Positions 27,964 through 37,564 of a stretch of 42,844 bases of DNA are shown one piece after another. The translations under genes were made by a program, and so were the position numbers. The stretch is from assembly GCA_045805065.1 (NCBI GenBank), contig JBJMMA010000034.1:1-42844 (forward strand), read 5' to 3'. A model generated the notes under the pieces. It saw only the letters and a program-made list of their open reading frames with translations, searched no databases and was not told the DNA's origin. How positions within the stretch are numbered: the first letter of the stretch is position 1; each line of letters begins with the position of its first letter. Origin of the DNA: Bdellovibrionia bacterium. Its GTDB lineage: Bacteria; Bdellovibrionota; UBA1018.

Positions 27964-29415
27964 TTATAAAATTCTCATAAAATTGAGTCTCAAGCCAGTG
28001 TCAGGAGCTTGAGATTGGGTATTGTTCGGAGAAGGCGAGGCATTCGGTGTCGGATTAGGGGTGTTGCCCTGTGTCTTATTGGCATTTGCTGAAGACTTGC
28101 TGTCGTCCATGAGCGAAACCCAGGCCTCAAGCGTTCTCACGCTCTGGTTAACGGTTGCCTTGATCGTGATTTTGAACTCGGATTCTTCGGTCACGATTTG
28201 AATATTTCTCTTTTTAAACTCTTCTTTGAGTTTGTTCATCGCGTCATCACCTTTCAGGGCAGCAACGCTGTTGGAAAGGTACTTAAAGAATGAGTCAGAG
28301 TCTTTAAAGTGATTGTCTTGCTCGGGATCGTCGCGGAACTTGAAGAAGTCCGTGACTTCCTGATCCGTCAGTTGCGGAAGCATGGCCCGAAGCACAGGCT
28401 CCTGGATCGTATTGACGTTGACTCCTGGAGTGCGGCTCACGGTCAGGTTAGGCGAGAAGAGGTCAAAGAGCTGGTCATCCATGCCCGGGAGCATGTGAAG
28501 CTCGGTCACGCTGTAAAATGGCCCGCGTTTGAAATAAGTATGGTCTCCCATGCCGGATTGCTTGCGCTCGTAAGTCGGATCCACCCACGCCACCAAGGTG
28601 TCCATAAAGTCTTCGAGTCTGAAGTCACGGTACTCGTTCTGGAAGTCAGGGTCTGCGTCAAATTTGTTCTGAAGGATCGCCTGGAAATAATCCTGAAGGC
28701 TTTTCCGTGCTGCCTCCGGATCAAAGCTTGGGCTCGGGCTTGGGCTTGCCGAAGCGTTTGGATTAGGATTTGGGTTCGAACCTTGCGAAGGATCATTCGG
28801 GGTCTTTGATGGAGAAGGTGACGGCGAGGGTTGAGCTCCCTGAAATCCTGCCAGAATCATATTGAGATTCAGGCGCGAGGACTCTGAGGTGATCGCGGCA
28901 GAGTAGCTTCCTTCAAACCCTGACTCTTTCTGAAATTTGTTGATCGCTTCCTTATCGCCCAAGGACATGCCCGGAATATTCGGAATAGGGTACATGAACG
29001 GAAAGCTCCAGATCTTATCAAGATCCGAAGGCGATACTGCCGATGCTCCGCCACCGCCTTGGTTAGCCAGCAGGTTTTTGACCGTGCGATAAGCCTTCAG
29101 GCGAAGAAGCGAGAGCTTGAAGCCGCTCTTGGCAAGATAAAGCGCTTTGACCTGATCGAGTTCATCGTAAGCAAGCTTTTGATTGAGCTGTGCCACGTAA
29201 GTAAATTCCGTGACCAGAAAAGAGAGTGTGCTGACGGCTGCAATCACCATGAGTAAGGCAATGCCTTTTGAATTCTGCGCGCCAGCCATTTGAGATGTCT
29301 CGGCTTGAGAAGTGTCGGACTCGGAGCGAGTGCGCTCCAGCACGACGTTGCCGCGCCGGATATCTTCCTCGGCCATCTCAAGCAGTTTTTTCTTAAAAGC
29401 TTGAATTAAGCCCAT
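27964..29415 (-). CDS. gspK: minor pseudopilin GspK
   Basis: KG/IALLMV, ESSRLNLN, SVTELHMLPG, VNVNT; start uncertain. Confidence 0.85.
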   Translation of the reverse strand: MGLIQAFKKKLLEMAEEDIRRGNVVLERTRSESDTSQAETSQMAGAQNSKGIALLMVIAAVSTLSFLVTEFTYVAQLNQKLAYDELDQVKALYLAKSGFKLSLLRLKAYRTVKNLLANQGGGGASAVSPSDLDKIWSFPFMYPIPNIPGMSLGDKEAINKFQKESGFEGSYSAAITSESSRLNLNMILAGFQGAQPSPSPSPSKTPNDPSQGSNPNPNPNASASPSPSPSFDPEAARKSLQDYFQAILQNKFDADPDFQNEYRDFRLEDFMDTLVAWVDPTYERKQSGMGDHTYFKRGPFYSVTELHMLPGMDDQLFDLFSPNLTVSRTPGVNVNTIQEPVLRAMLPQLTDQEVTDFFKFRDDPEQDNHFKDSDSFFKYLSNSVAALKGDDAMNKLKEEFKKRNIQIVTEESEFKITIKATVNQSVRTLEAWVSLMDDSKSSANANKTQGNTPNPTPNASPSPNNTQSQAPDTGLRLNFMRIL

Positions 29416-30274
29416 TGAGTGGGATCTCCGGTTTGAATTGATAGAAGCCTGTGAAGCTCAGGCCAGTCTGGCCTTTGACTTCGATCTCGACTTGGATCAT
29501 GTCAGGCATGCGCCATCTGAAATCTTCTTTATCGCTGTCCCAGCTGGTGAAAGCCGTGAAGCTTTTGTTGTCATCCCAGCGGTAGTAAGTGAATTTGCAA
29601 GAGGTCACGCCTCGAAGCAAAGTATACCTGTGCGATTTCTCTCCCTCGCTCGTGTCGTCATTGTTAAAGACGTCAGGATTGATCTGCTTGATCAGGATAT
29701 TGGAGCCATCGACCTTGAAGCCATTGATCGGAGGTTCATTATCAGGCTCGACACCGTAAGTGACTTTGGCAAATTCTGACTCGGGCGAGTCCTTATAGAC
29801 GCGGAAGTTCGTAGCGGAAATGAAACTCATCTTGGATGAAGTTCCGATAAAACGAGCAGGTCTGAGTCCGTTCTTATCAGCAGCAGCGCTCCAGAACATG
29901 AAGCTTCGAGAAAGATCCGCGGCCGTCGCCGCTGCAATCTGGCTTTCATCAAACTTCGGAGCTTCGCGGGTGCTTCCCGAATTATCTGAACTGTTTGAGT
30001 TACCCGAGTTATCCGAAGAGCCGCTGGTTTTCTGCTTTTGCGTGCTCAGCAATAGGGTGGGCGTGTACATCATGGTGACGTCACGGTTCATGATGCCCAT
30101 GGCAAGCCGGATGCCCGTATAGAAATCGGCCTCCTGGCCCAATTCATCGCGGATCTTAAATGAGCTTGTCACGGCTTGGAAGATTCCCAGGCTGATGAAG
30201 GCCAGGATCGCCACCGTGATCATCACCTCAATCAGGGTGAATCCAGCACTCTTATTGCGAGAGTTGGAATTCAT
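29393..30274 (-). CDS. gspJ: minor pseudopilin GspJ
   Basis: AG/FTLIEVMI type IV prepilin signal; operon position. Confidence 0.8.
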   Translation of the reverse strand: MNSNSRNKSAGFTLIEVMITVAILAFISLGIFQAVTSSFKIRDELGQEADFYTGIRLAMGIMNRDVTMMYTPTLLLSTQKQKTSGSSDNSGNSNSSDNSGSTREAPKFDESQIAAATAADLSRSFMFWSAAADKNGLRPARFIGTSSKMSFISATNFRVYKDSPESEFAKVTYGVEPDNEPPINGFKVDGSNILIKQINPDVFNNDDTSEGEKSHRYTLLRGVTSCKFTYYRWDDNKSFTAFTSWDSDKEDFRWRMPDMIQVEIEVKGQTGLSFTGFYQFKPEIPLNGLNSSF

Positions 30275-30803
30275 GGTTGAGATCCACCCAGTAGGTTGTA
30301 GCGGAATAGCTCATCTCTTTTCCGCCGGTTTTGTAATAAACAGTTACGGTGACTTCACGGAGCGCCTTGGAGAGAAACTGAGTCACAAGTTTCGTGACCA
30401 GGCTGAGCATCTCGTTGGGGCCCTCTTGATTGCCGTTTTTGTTTGAAGGTGTGCCAGTGCTGGTGCTTCCACCCCCGCTCGCCATGTCGAGATTTGGAAA
30501 TTCAATTTCTTTAACGACGCGAGTCCAGCGATAGTCAGCATTGTAAGGAGCGGGGAAGGTTCCTGCGTCTTCCTTTTTGACTTCATCAAAGGACTTGCCC
30601 TGAATCTCATACTCCGTCTGGACCATTTCGTCTTTGAGGAGCATGGCAACCGTAGTGACCGAGCGCGCGCGGATGGTCGTATTGATGCTATTGGACTGAA
30701 TGCCCAAGATCGCAGCAAAGGCGATGAGCATGACGGTCACTGCAATGAGTGTCTCAAGAAGAGTGAAGCCGGATTGGTTACCGAGCAAGAGTTTATTTTC
30801 CAA
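30252..30803 (-). CDS. gspI: minor pseudopilin GspI
   Basis: SG/FTLLETLIA; probable TTG start at 30803 with GGAGG 6 nt upstream. Confidence 0.8.
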   Translation of the reverse strand: MENKLLLGNQSGFTLLETLIAVTVMLIAFAAILGIQSNSINTTIRARSVTTVAMLLKDEMVQTEYEIQGKSFDEVKKEDAGTFPAPYNADYRWTRVVKEIEFPNLDMASGGGSTSTGTPSNKNGNQEGPNEMLSLVTKLVTQFLSKALREVTVTVYYKTGGKEMSYSATTYWVDLNHEFQLSQ

Positions 30804-31425
30804 ACACTTCCTCCGGCTTGGTGTAGTGATCAAACACATCTGTGCGGCCCAAAAGGGGCGTGACGCAAAGGGAAGTGTGATGTTTGGAGCTATCGGTCAG
30901 ATGAACAATCGTTTGTTCCGTGAGACCGTTTGGAAAAATATGAGTGTAGGCGACCGTTGTCGTCTCAGTCGTTTGTGGCTCGCGAGTCTGTTCGGTGACG
31001 ACGTCTTCAAAGGCAACGCCACGAGGCAGAGACTTCTTTGATTTTGTAACCGTCTTATCCAACGAAAAAGGGGACTTATCCTCAACGAGTTTGCCACCAA
31101 AGCGGAGGCGCTTTCTGCGCTCTTCACGCTCACGGCTCTCTTTCGTTTCAAGGACAGCGCCGTTGGGACCTTCTTCGACCCAATACTGACCGTTTTTAAG
31201 GTCATAAGCCACGCGGTGAAGTTTGCCTGTAATGAGCGTCGCGTTGTAGGCCTCGCGAACCGTTGCAGCGATTTCGCGGGTAGAGGAATTCAAAGAGACC
31301 TGGAAATAACTGCTGATGCTGGGAAGAGCCATGACGGAGATCAGCGCGATCAGCGCCACGACAACCATGAGCTCAATCAGGGTAAATCCTGAGCTATGCT
31401 GGTTTGCGCGCTGATCTCTCGTCAT
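30793..31425 (-). CDS. gspH: minor pseudopilin GspH
   Basis: SG/FTLIELMVV, IFPNG motif; follows gspG. Confidence 0.8.
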   Translation of the reverse strand: MTRDQRANQHSSGFTLIELMVVVALIALISVMALPSISSYFQVSLNSSTREIAATVREAYNATLITGKLHRVAYDLKNGQYWVEEGPNGAVLETKESREREERRKRLRFGGKLVEDKSPFSLDKTVTKSKKSLPRGVAFEDVVTEQTREPQTTETTTVAYTHIFPNGLTEQTIVHLTDSSKHHTSLCVTPLLGRTDVFDHYTKPEEVFGK

Positions 31426-31446
31426 TAGAATGAAAGTCCTCTCACA

Positions 31447-31929
31447 TTACGGAGCGTCGTCAGACGAGATGTCTGCCGCATTTCCGGTGCCGCCTGGGTT
31501 GCCGTCAGAGCCGGTCGAGCGGATGACGAATTTGTTTCCATCGCTCTCATAAAGGAAGTCGCGATCCCAACCGTCTTTTGGCAAGTGACCACCGCTCACA
31601 AAGCCTTCAGAAGGGTAGTTCTTGCACTCACGACCTTGAGGAGCGTGCACAAGTGCGTCCAGGCCTTGATCGGTCGATGGATAATATCCGCAAACGCGCT
31701 TGAAGTCGTCGAGAACGGTTGCAAGCTGGCGGATCTGGTTTCTGGTCGTGCTCGCCTTGGCTTCTTCGAGCTTGCTCATGACGTTCGTTCCGACGAGCGC
31801 AGCAAGAAGACCCAGGATCGCGATGACGATCATCAGTTCGATGAGCGTAAAGCCCTTTTGTGAGGACGCTTTCAGTGCCTCAAAAAAGTTAGAGGGCTTC
31901 ATCTCTTTTGCAAGTTTGGTTTCCATCAC
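31447..31929 (-). CDS. gspG: major pseudopilin GspG
   Basis: KG/FTLIELMIV, YPSTDQGLDALV, PKDGW, STGSDGNPGGTGNAADI. Confidence 0.93.
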   Translation of the reverse strand: MMETKLAKEMKPSNFFEALKASSQKGFTLIELMIVIAILGLLAALVGTNVMSKLEEAKASTTRNQIRQLATVLDDFKRVCGYYPSTDQGLDALVHAPQGRECKNYPSEGFVSGGHLPKDGWDRDFLYESDGNKFVIRSTGSDGNPGGTGNAADISSDDAP

Positions 31930-31944
31930 TCAGGTTCTCCTTAT

Positions 31945-33168
31945 TTAACGAGTGTTGATGTTCGACATATCCATGAGCGGCATAAAGACGGCAAGAACAA
32001 TCACCGCAACTGCGCCGCCCATAACAATGATCATTAAGGGCTCAAGAAGAGAGGTCATGCTTTCAATGCGGGTATTGACCTGCTCTTCATAGATTTCAGA
32101 AATATTTTTGAACATTCCCGCGACGTCACCGGTTTTCTCACCGGTCGCGATCATATGGATCATCATCGGAGGGAATTCGCCGCTTCGCTTGAGTGGCTCC
32201 GCAATCGATTGACCTTCGGTGATGTTTTCTCGGGCATCGCCGATGGCCTGGGCGATCGGACCGCTTCCCACAAGATTTCTTGCGATGTTCATGGCCGTGA
32301 GAATCGGCACGTTACTCGCCAGAAGGGTGGCCATGGTGTTCGAAAAGCGCGTCATGGCGATCATCCGGATCAGGTTGCCAAGAACCGGAAGCTTGAGCTT
32401 GAAAGCATCCCATTTCGGGCGGCCCTTGGCAGAACTGATCCAGCGGCGAAAAAGCGCGAGCACGACAAAGGCCGTAATCAGGATGAGTGGCCACCAGGTG
32501 GTGATGACATCGCTGACGCCGATCAGGAAGACCGTCATCGGCGGCATCTTCTTGTGCATCGATTCGAAGATCTTTGCGAGCTTTGGAATGACGAAAGTGA
32601 AAATCCCCAGCATCAGGGCAAAAGAGACGACCATCATCAAGGCAGGATAGGTGGCGCCACCAACAATCTTGCTTCGAAGGCGCATCTGAGCTTCTTTAAG
32701 GTCGGCCAGACGCAAAAGGACGACGCCCAAGGTTCCTGAGCTTTCGCCGGCTTCGATCATGTTCACAAAAATCGTGTCAAACACCTTAGAGTGCTGGGCC
32801 ACAGCTTTCGCAAAGCTTGAGCCTTCGTTCACGTCCTGACGGACTTTGGAAAGAATGACTTTGAGCTTCTCGTTTTCCGTCTGATCGATCATCGCAGTGA
32901 GCGCTTCGACCAGGGGAATGTTGGCTTTCACCAGGCTTGCGAGCTGACGGGTGAGGAGCGCGATATCGCGAGTGCCCACGCGGCCGCCCATGAAGGGGAT
33001 CTGAGTTCCGCTTTGGGACTTTCCAGAGTTCTTCTCGAAAATCTGTGTGACCATCAAGCCTTGCTTTTTAAGCTTGGCTCGAGCCGCCTTTTGCGTTTCA
33101 GCCTCGACGATGCCCTTTGCGGCGCGACCGTCCAGAGCAAGCGCTTTATAGTCGTACATTGGCGCCAT
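31945..33168 (-). CDS. gspF: type II secretion inner membrane platform protein F
   Basis: TRQLASLV, NMIEAGESSG, YP motif, MIATGEKTG, LLEPLMI. Confidence 0.93.
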   Translation of the reverse strand: MAPMYDYKALALDGRAAKGIVEAETQKAARAKLKKQGLMVTQIFEKNSGKSQSGTQIPFMGGRVGTRDIALLTRQLASLVKANIPLVEALTAMIDQTENEKLKVILSKVRQDVNEGSSFAKAVAQHSKVFDTIFVNMIEAGESSGTLGVVLLRLADLKEAQMRLRSKIVGGATYPALMMVVSFALMLGIFTFVIPKLAKIFESMHKKMPPMTVFLIGVSDVITTWWPLILITAFVVLALFRRWISSAKGRPKWDAFKLKLPVLGNLIRMIAMTRFSNTMATLLASNVPILTAMNIARNLVGSGPIAQAIGDARENITEGQSIAEPLKRSGEFPPMMIHMIATGEKTGDVAGMFKNISEIYEEQVNTRIESMTSLLEPLMIIVMGGAVAVIVLAVFMPLMDMSNINTR

Positions 33169-33171
33169 CGA

Positions 33172-34899
33172 TTAAACCTCGGCGTGGGTCGCACGCATGA
33201 GTTCGTCCACCGTGGTGGCTCCGCTTAAGACTTTGGCTACGCCATCTTCGCGAAGCGTAATCATTCCTGCTTCGATTGCGGCTTTCTTGATCGAGCCGGC
33301 ATCCGTATTGCGGATGATCAGGCTTCGGATCTTGTCGTCCACGACCATGAGCTCATGAATTACAGTACGGCCAGCGTATCCGGATTGTGAGCAGCTTGGG
33401 CACCCGACAGCACGGAAGATTTTGGCACCTGCCGGAACAGACTGAAGTCCAAGCTCCTGCATTTCAAAATCAGTCAGTGTGTGAGGAACGCGGCACTTGG
33501 TGCACACGCGGCGGATCAGGCGCTGAGCGGCGATGCCCAGAACAGAGCTTGCGACCAGAAACGGCTCAACACCCATATCGATCAAACGAGTCGCGGCACC
33601 GGCCGCATCGTTGGTGTGGAGGGTGGAGAGAACCAAGTGACCGGTGAGCGATGCATTGATCGCGATTTCAGCGGTTTCCTTATCGCGAATTTCCCCGACC
33701 ATGATGATGTCCGGGTTTTGACGAAGGAAGGATCTCAAGGCGCTTGCGAAGGTGAGACCGATCTTGGAGTTCACTTGAACCTGGTTCACGCCCAGGAGCT
33801 GATATTCGACCGGATCTTCAACCGTAAGAATATTGCGCTCAGGGCTATTGAGCTTCACAAGACACGAAGAAAGAGTCGTCGATTTACCGGAGCCCGTAGG
33901 ACCGGTGACCAGGATGATTCCGTACTTGCGGAAGATCAGGCTTTCAATGAGCTTTGCGCTTTTTGGAGAAAATCCAAGCTGCTCCAGTTGAAGCGGCGTT
34001 CCCGATTGCTCAAGAATACGCATGACCAGACGCTCGCCGTAAAGAGTAGGGACCGTCGAAAGACGAAGGTCAACGTCCTTGCCGGCGATCTTGATCTTGA
34101 TACGACCGTCCTGAGGCAGGCGCTTTTCAGCAATGTCGAGCGTTCCCATAATCTTGATACGGGAAGAAATCGCGGCATGCGCTTTCTTAGGCTGACGGAT
34201 GACGTCGTAAAGGACGCCATCGACACGGAAGCGTACGACAAACTCTTTTTCGAACGGCTCGATATGAATATCGGAAGCCTTTTCTTTGACTGCGCGGAAG
34301 ATCAGCGAGTTGACGAACTTGATGACCGGAGCATCGTCCTCGGTCGCCTCAAGAATATCGATCGGGCCTTCCAAGTCGTAAGTCTCATCGAAGTTGCCTT
34401 CGATCTTCTCGACAAGATTGGCCGTATTGCGCTCGTAAACGCGATTGATCGCGTCTTGAATGCGCATGCTGGTGCTGACCACGATGCGAACCGGCTTGCC
34501 GGTGAGGACCCGCAAATCGTCCGCAATCGTTGCATTGAAAGGATCCGTGACCGCAACGACCAGAGTCTCGCCGTGAGCGGTTTGCTCGCGGGCGATCGGA
34601 AGCGTTTCTTTTGCCTTGGCGTAATTGATCGGGATGTCATTGATCAGAGTAGGGTCAATATCATTGGCCTTGAGATCTTCGACAAACGGAATGCCGATCT
34701 GGGTGCAAAGCGCGCGCATGAGCTCATGGGGAAGGATCATGTTCTTGCGAACAAGAATCTCCCCAAGAAGTCCGCCTTCTTGCTGCTGGATCTTTACGGC
34801 CTCGCTGAGCTGCTCTTGAGTCAACGAAGTGTGCCGGAGGAGGATGTCCCCGATCCGTGGTTCAGCAAGGATGGTTTGTGCGTTCACGTTTTGTGACAT
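33172..34899 (-). CDS. gspE: type II secretion ATPase E
   Basis: ASDIHIEP, EKRLPQDGR, GPTGSGKST, EDPVEY, LRQNPDIIMVGEIRD, CxxC...CxxC; the N-terminal RIGDILL...LLGEILV resembles MshEN. Confidence 0.95.
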   Translation of the reverse strand: MSQNVNAQTILAEPRIGDILLRHTSLTQEQLSEAVKIQQQEGGLLGEILVRKNMILPHELMRALCTQIGIPFVEDLKANDIDPTLINDIPINYAKAKETLPIAREQTAHGETLVVAVTDPFNATIADDLRVLTGKPVRIVVSTSMRIQDAINRVYERNTANLVEKIEGNFDETYDLEGPIDILEATEDDAPVIKFVNSLIFRAVKEKASDIHIEPFEKEFVVRFRVDGVLYDVIRQPKKAHAAISSRIKIMGTLDIAEKRLPQDGRIKIKIAGKDVDLRLSTVPTLYGERLVMRILEQSGTPLQLEQLGFSPKSAKLIESLIFRKYGIILVTGPTGSGKSTTLSSCLVKLNSPERNILTVEDPVEYQLLGVNQVQVNSKIGLTFASALRSFLRQNPDIIMVGEIRDKETAEIAINASLTGHLVLSTLHTNDAAGAATRLIDMGVEPFLVASSVLGIAAQRLIRRVCTKCRVPHTLTDFEMQELGLQSVPAGAKIFRAVGCPSCSQSGYAGRTVIHELMVVDDKIRSLIIRNTDAGSIKKAAIEAGMITLREDGVAKVLSGATTVDELMRATHAEV

Positions 34900-34923
34900 A
34901 AGTTCTATTTAAATCTCCTAATA

Positions 34924-34951
34924 TCTCGGCGGGGCTCGCCCCGCCTGGTCA
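34924..34951 (-). repeat. intercistronic hairpin element (family B, copy 3)
   Basis: Minus strand TGACCA-GGCGGGGC-GA-GCCCCGCC-GAGA, directly after the gspD stop and ending 24 nt before the gspE ATG. Confidence 0.8.
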
Positions 34952-37564
34952 TCAAGTAGCGGGAAGCACTGGCAGGCCAGGAGCTGTTCCACCACCATTG
35001 GTATTTCCGCTGCCGCTTGGGGCAGAGTTTTGAGGTGCTGCAGGAGTGACCGGCTTTGCACCTTCGGAAGGATTAGTTGGTTGAGCTTCGTCCTCATCGA
35101 TCGAGACGGAAGCTTGAGGTTTCTTGGAAAGCTCGGTTAAGTCTGGCAGACCGCGAATAATCTCATCACGTCCAGCGCGGCTTGGATCCTGTCCACCGAA
35201 CTGCTTTTCGATGAAATCGTCGCGTTCCTTCAATTTGCGATCCAGGATAGCACGAATCTTTTCGTACTGCCTTACGATTCGAGGGGTCAGGAAGATCAAA
35301 AGATTGGTTTTCTGAACCGTATTGACTCGAGAGCTGAACAACCAGCCGAGAATCGGGATGTCACCGAGCAACGGAATCTTGTTCACGGAAATCGACGTCT
35401 GGTCACGGATCAAGCCGCCGAGGACCATCGTGTCTGAGTCGCCGATGAACACGCTGCTCTTGGCTGAGCGCTCAAGTGTCCCGAACGTCTGGCTTTGGAG
35501 TGCGGAGGGGACTGATGTATTTTGGATACTGGCGATTTTAGCTTCGACATCAAGCTTGACGAAGTTCGACATCTTGTTGATCTGTGGCTTGATCTTGATC
35601 GAAAGAGGCACTGGCTCTTTCGTGAACGACGACGATACGGAGCCTTGAATCGCGGTGCTGGAAGGAACTGGAATCTTTTCCGTCTGATCAAAGGTTGCTT
35701 CCGTGTTGTCGAGCGCGATGATTTGAGGCGTTGCAAGGACGTTTGACTTGGATTCGGTCTGAATCGCGCGAATCAGCCCTTGAACATTGGATACCGTGTA
35801 CTTGGTGTTGTTAATCGTGACGTCTTGGCTTCCACCGGACTTGAATCCAAGCACAGCGCCCGTGAGAGATCCTGGATTGGTCACGGATTGGAGCAAGTCC
35901 GCATTTGGCGTCGAGAAGAGGCCAGAGACAGGGCTTGCGACGTTGGCTGAGAACTGGAATTCCTTGGTCAACGCGATTTCCATGACGATCACTTCGACAT
36001 AGACTTGATCGCGAGGAATATCGAGACGCTCGATCACGCGGCGAACCGTGCCGTAGTCGGCAGGTGAGGCGTTGACGACGAGAGAGTTCGTGGATTTATC
36101 AGGCGAGACTTTCACAGAACCTTCGAAGATGTTCTGTGAAGTCGGGTTCACGCCGGTGCCGCCGCCGATGACTGGCGAGGCAGTGCGACCTGTGCCTTGA
36201 GAGAGGCTGTTCAAGGTATTGGCGATTTGTTCCGCGTCAGCAAATTGCAGATAATAGACGTGAACTTTGCCGCCGCCGACTTGCGCAGGCTGCTTTTGAT
36301 CGAGCTTATTGACCAGAGCGCGGACTTGGCCTGCACCCTTGCTGTTAGCGTGAACGATCAGGGTGTTCGTGCGCTCGTCAGCGATGATCGTATTAATGAT
36401 ACCGCCTTCTTTGGTGCGGCGAGCGCTGAAGCCACGACCCATTCCGCCACCGCCACCAAAGCGCGGAGCGCCAGGTGCGCCGACAGGGCTTCCGCCCGTG
36501 CCCGGAATCAGGGTGTCAATGAGTTTGGAGAGTTCAGCAGCCGATGCGAACTTGACTGGAATGACTTCAATGCCTGCGTCGTAGCCTTCAACGTCCAGGA
36601 TATCGAGCATCTTGTTGAGCTTGGCAATATTGGATCCCGTATCCGTCACGATGACCGTGTTGGTTTGCTCGTAAGGAATAATGCGGGAGTTGGCGGGCAT
36701 GAAGCTGCGGAAAGTGCGGGCCACTTCTTCAGCATCAATGTACTTCAAAGGAAAGACGCGGGTGATGAGCGCGTCGGTATCCGGGGAGTAATCTCCCGTG
36801 TAAGTCTTGAGTTGCTTATCGCGGGCGTCGCGTTGACGGGCGATGCGAATATATTTGCCCGATGGGATCAGGGCAAATCCGTTCATGTCGAGAGCGGTGA
36901 GGAATGCTTTCCAGGCGTCTCCAACCGTGATCGGGGAGTTGGAGATGATCGAGATGCGGCCCTTGACGTCCTTATCGAAAATGAAGTTCTTACCGGTCAG
37001 GCGTCCCAGGGTTTTTGCGATATCCATGATATCGGCATCCGGGAAGTTGAAGTCGCTGACCAGTTCGCGTCCGCCTTCGCCGGTTTCCGCGTCGAGCTGA
37101 ATGTTGGCAATGTTCTTCTTGCTGATAACGCCCGAGCTTGTTGCGTTTCCGCCAAAGGAAACACCTTTACCAGATCCTGATGGAGCGCCTCTTTGGGAGC
37201 CTCCGTTATTGTCACCTGAAACGGCGCCGCCTGGAGGTGGGAAATTAGATGGTTGTTCACCTGGATTTCCAAAGTCGGTATCTTCCTCTTCCTCAAAGAA
37301 AGGAGGAGGATTGTTTCCACCCTGGTTTCCGAATGGACTAGGGAATGCCGGACGATTTCCCGGATTAAAGCCATTGTCCGCAGCTTGCGCGTTCTGGATC
37401 ATCAGCGCAAAGAGCGCCACAAGTCCGATGACGCTCACCAGGCTTGCCGTGATTTGAATCCAGCGGAGCTCCCGATCACTGGTAAAAGGAGCGGGTTGGG
37501 TATTGTGCTGTTGAGCGGCGGATTTCATAGGGGCTTTCCCTTCGTTCCCATTAATGAATGTCAT
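34952..37564 (-). CDS. gspD: type II secretion secretin D
   Basis: FNFPDADI, ADERTNTL, LDIPRDQVYVEV, NVLATPQI, KIPLLGDIPILGWLF, NLLIFLTPRIV. Start at 37564 or 37528. Confidence 0.95.
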   Translation of the reverse strand: MTFINGNEGKAPMKSAAQQHNTQPAPFTSDRELRWIQITASLVSVIGLVALFALMIQNAQAADNGFNPGNRPAFPSPFGNQGGNNPPPFFEEEEDTDFGNPGEQPSNFPPPGGAVSGDNNGGSQRGAPSGSGKGVSFGGNATSSGVISKKNIANIQLDAETGEGGRELVSDFNFPDADIMDIAKTLGRLTGKNFIFDKDVKGRISIISNSPITVGDAWKAFLTALDMNGFALIPSGKYIRIARQRDARDKQLKTYTGDYSPDTDALITRVFPLKYIDAEEVARTFRSFMPANSRIIPYEQTNTVIVTDTGSNIAKLNKMLDILDVEGYDAGIEVIPVKFASAAELSKLIDTLIPGTGGSPVGAPGAPRFGGGGGMGRGFSARRTKEGGIINTIIADERTNTLIVHANSKGAGQVRALVNKLDQKQPAQVGGGKVHVYYLQFADAEQIANTLNSLSQGTGRTASPVIGGGTGVNPTSQNIFEGSVKVSPDKSTNSLVVNASPADYGTVRRVIERLDIPRDQVYVEVIVMEIALTKEFQFSANVASPVSGLFSTPNADLLQSVTNPGSLTGAVLGFKSGGSQDVTINNTKYTVSNVQGLIRAIQTESKSNVLATPQIIALDNTEATFDQTEKIPVPSSTAIQGSVSSSFTKEPVPLSIKIKPQINKMSNFVKLDVEAKIASIQNTSVPSALQSQTFGTLERSAKSSVFIGDSDTMVLGGLIRDQTSISVNKIPLLGDIPILGWLFSSRVNTVQKTNLLIFLTPRIVRQYEKIRAILDRKLKERDDFIEKQFGGQDPSRAGRDEIIRGLPDLTELSKKPQASVSIDEDEAQPTNPSEGAKPVTPAAPQNSAPSGSGNTNGGGTAPGLPVLPAT

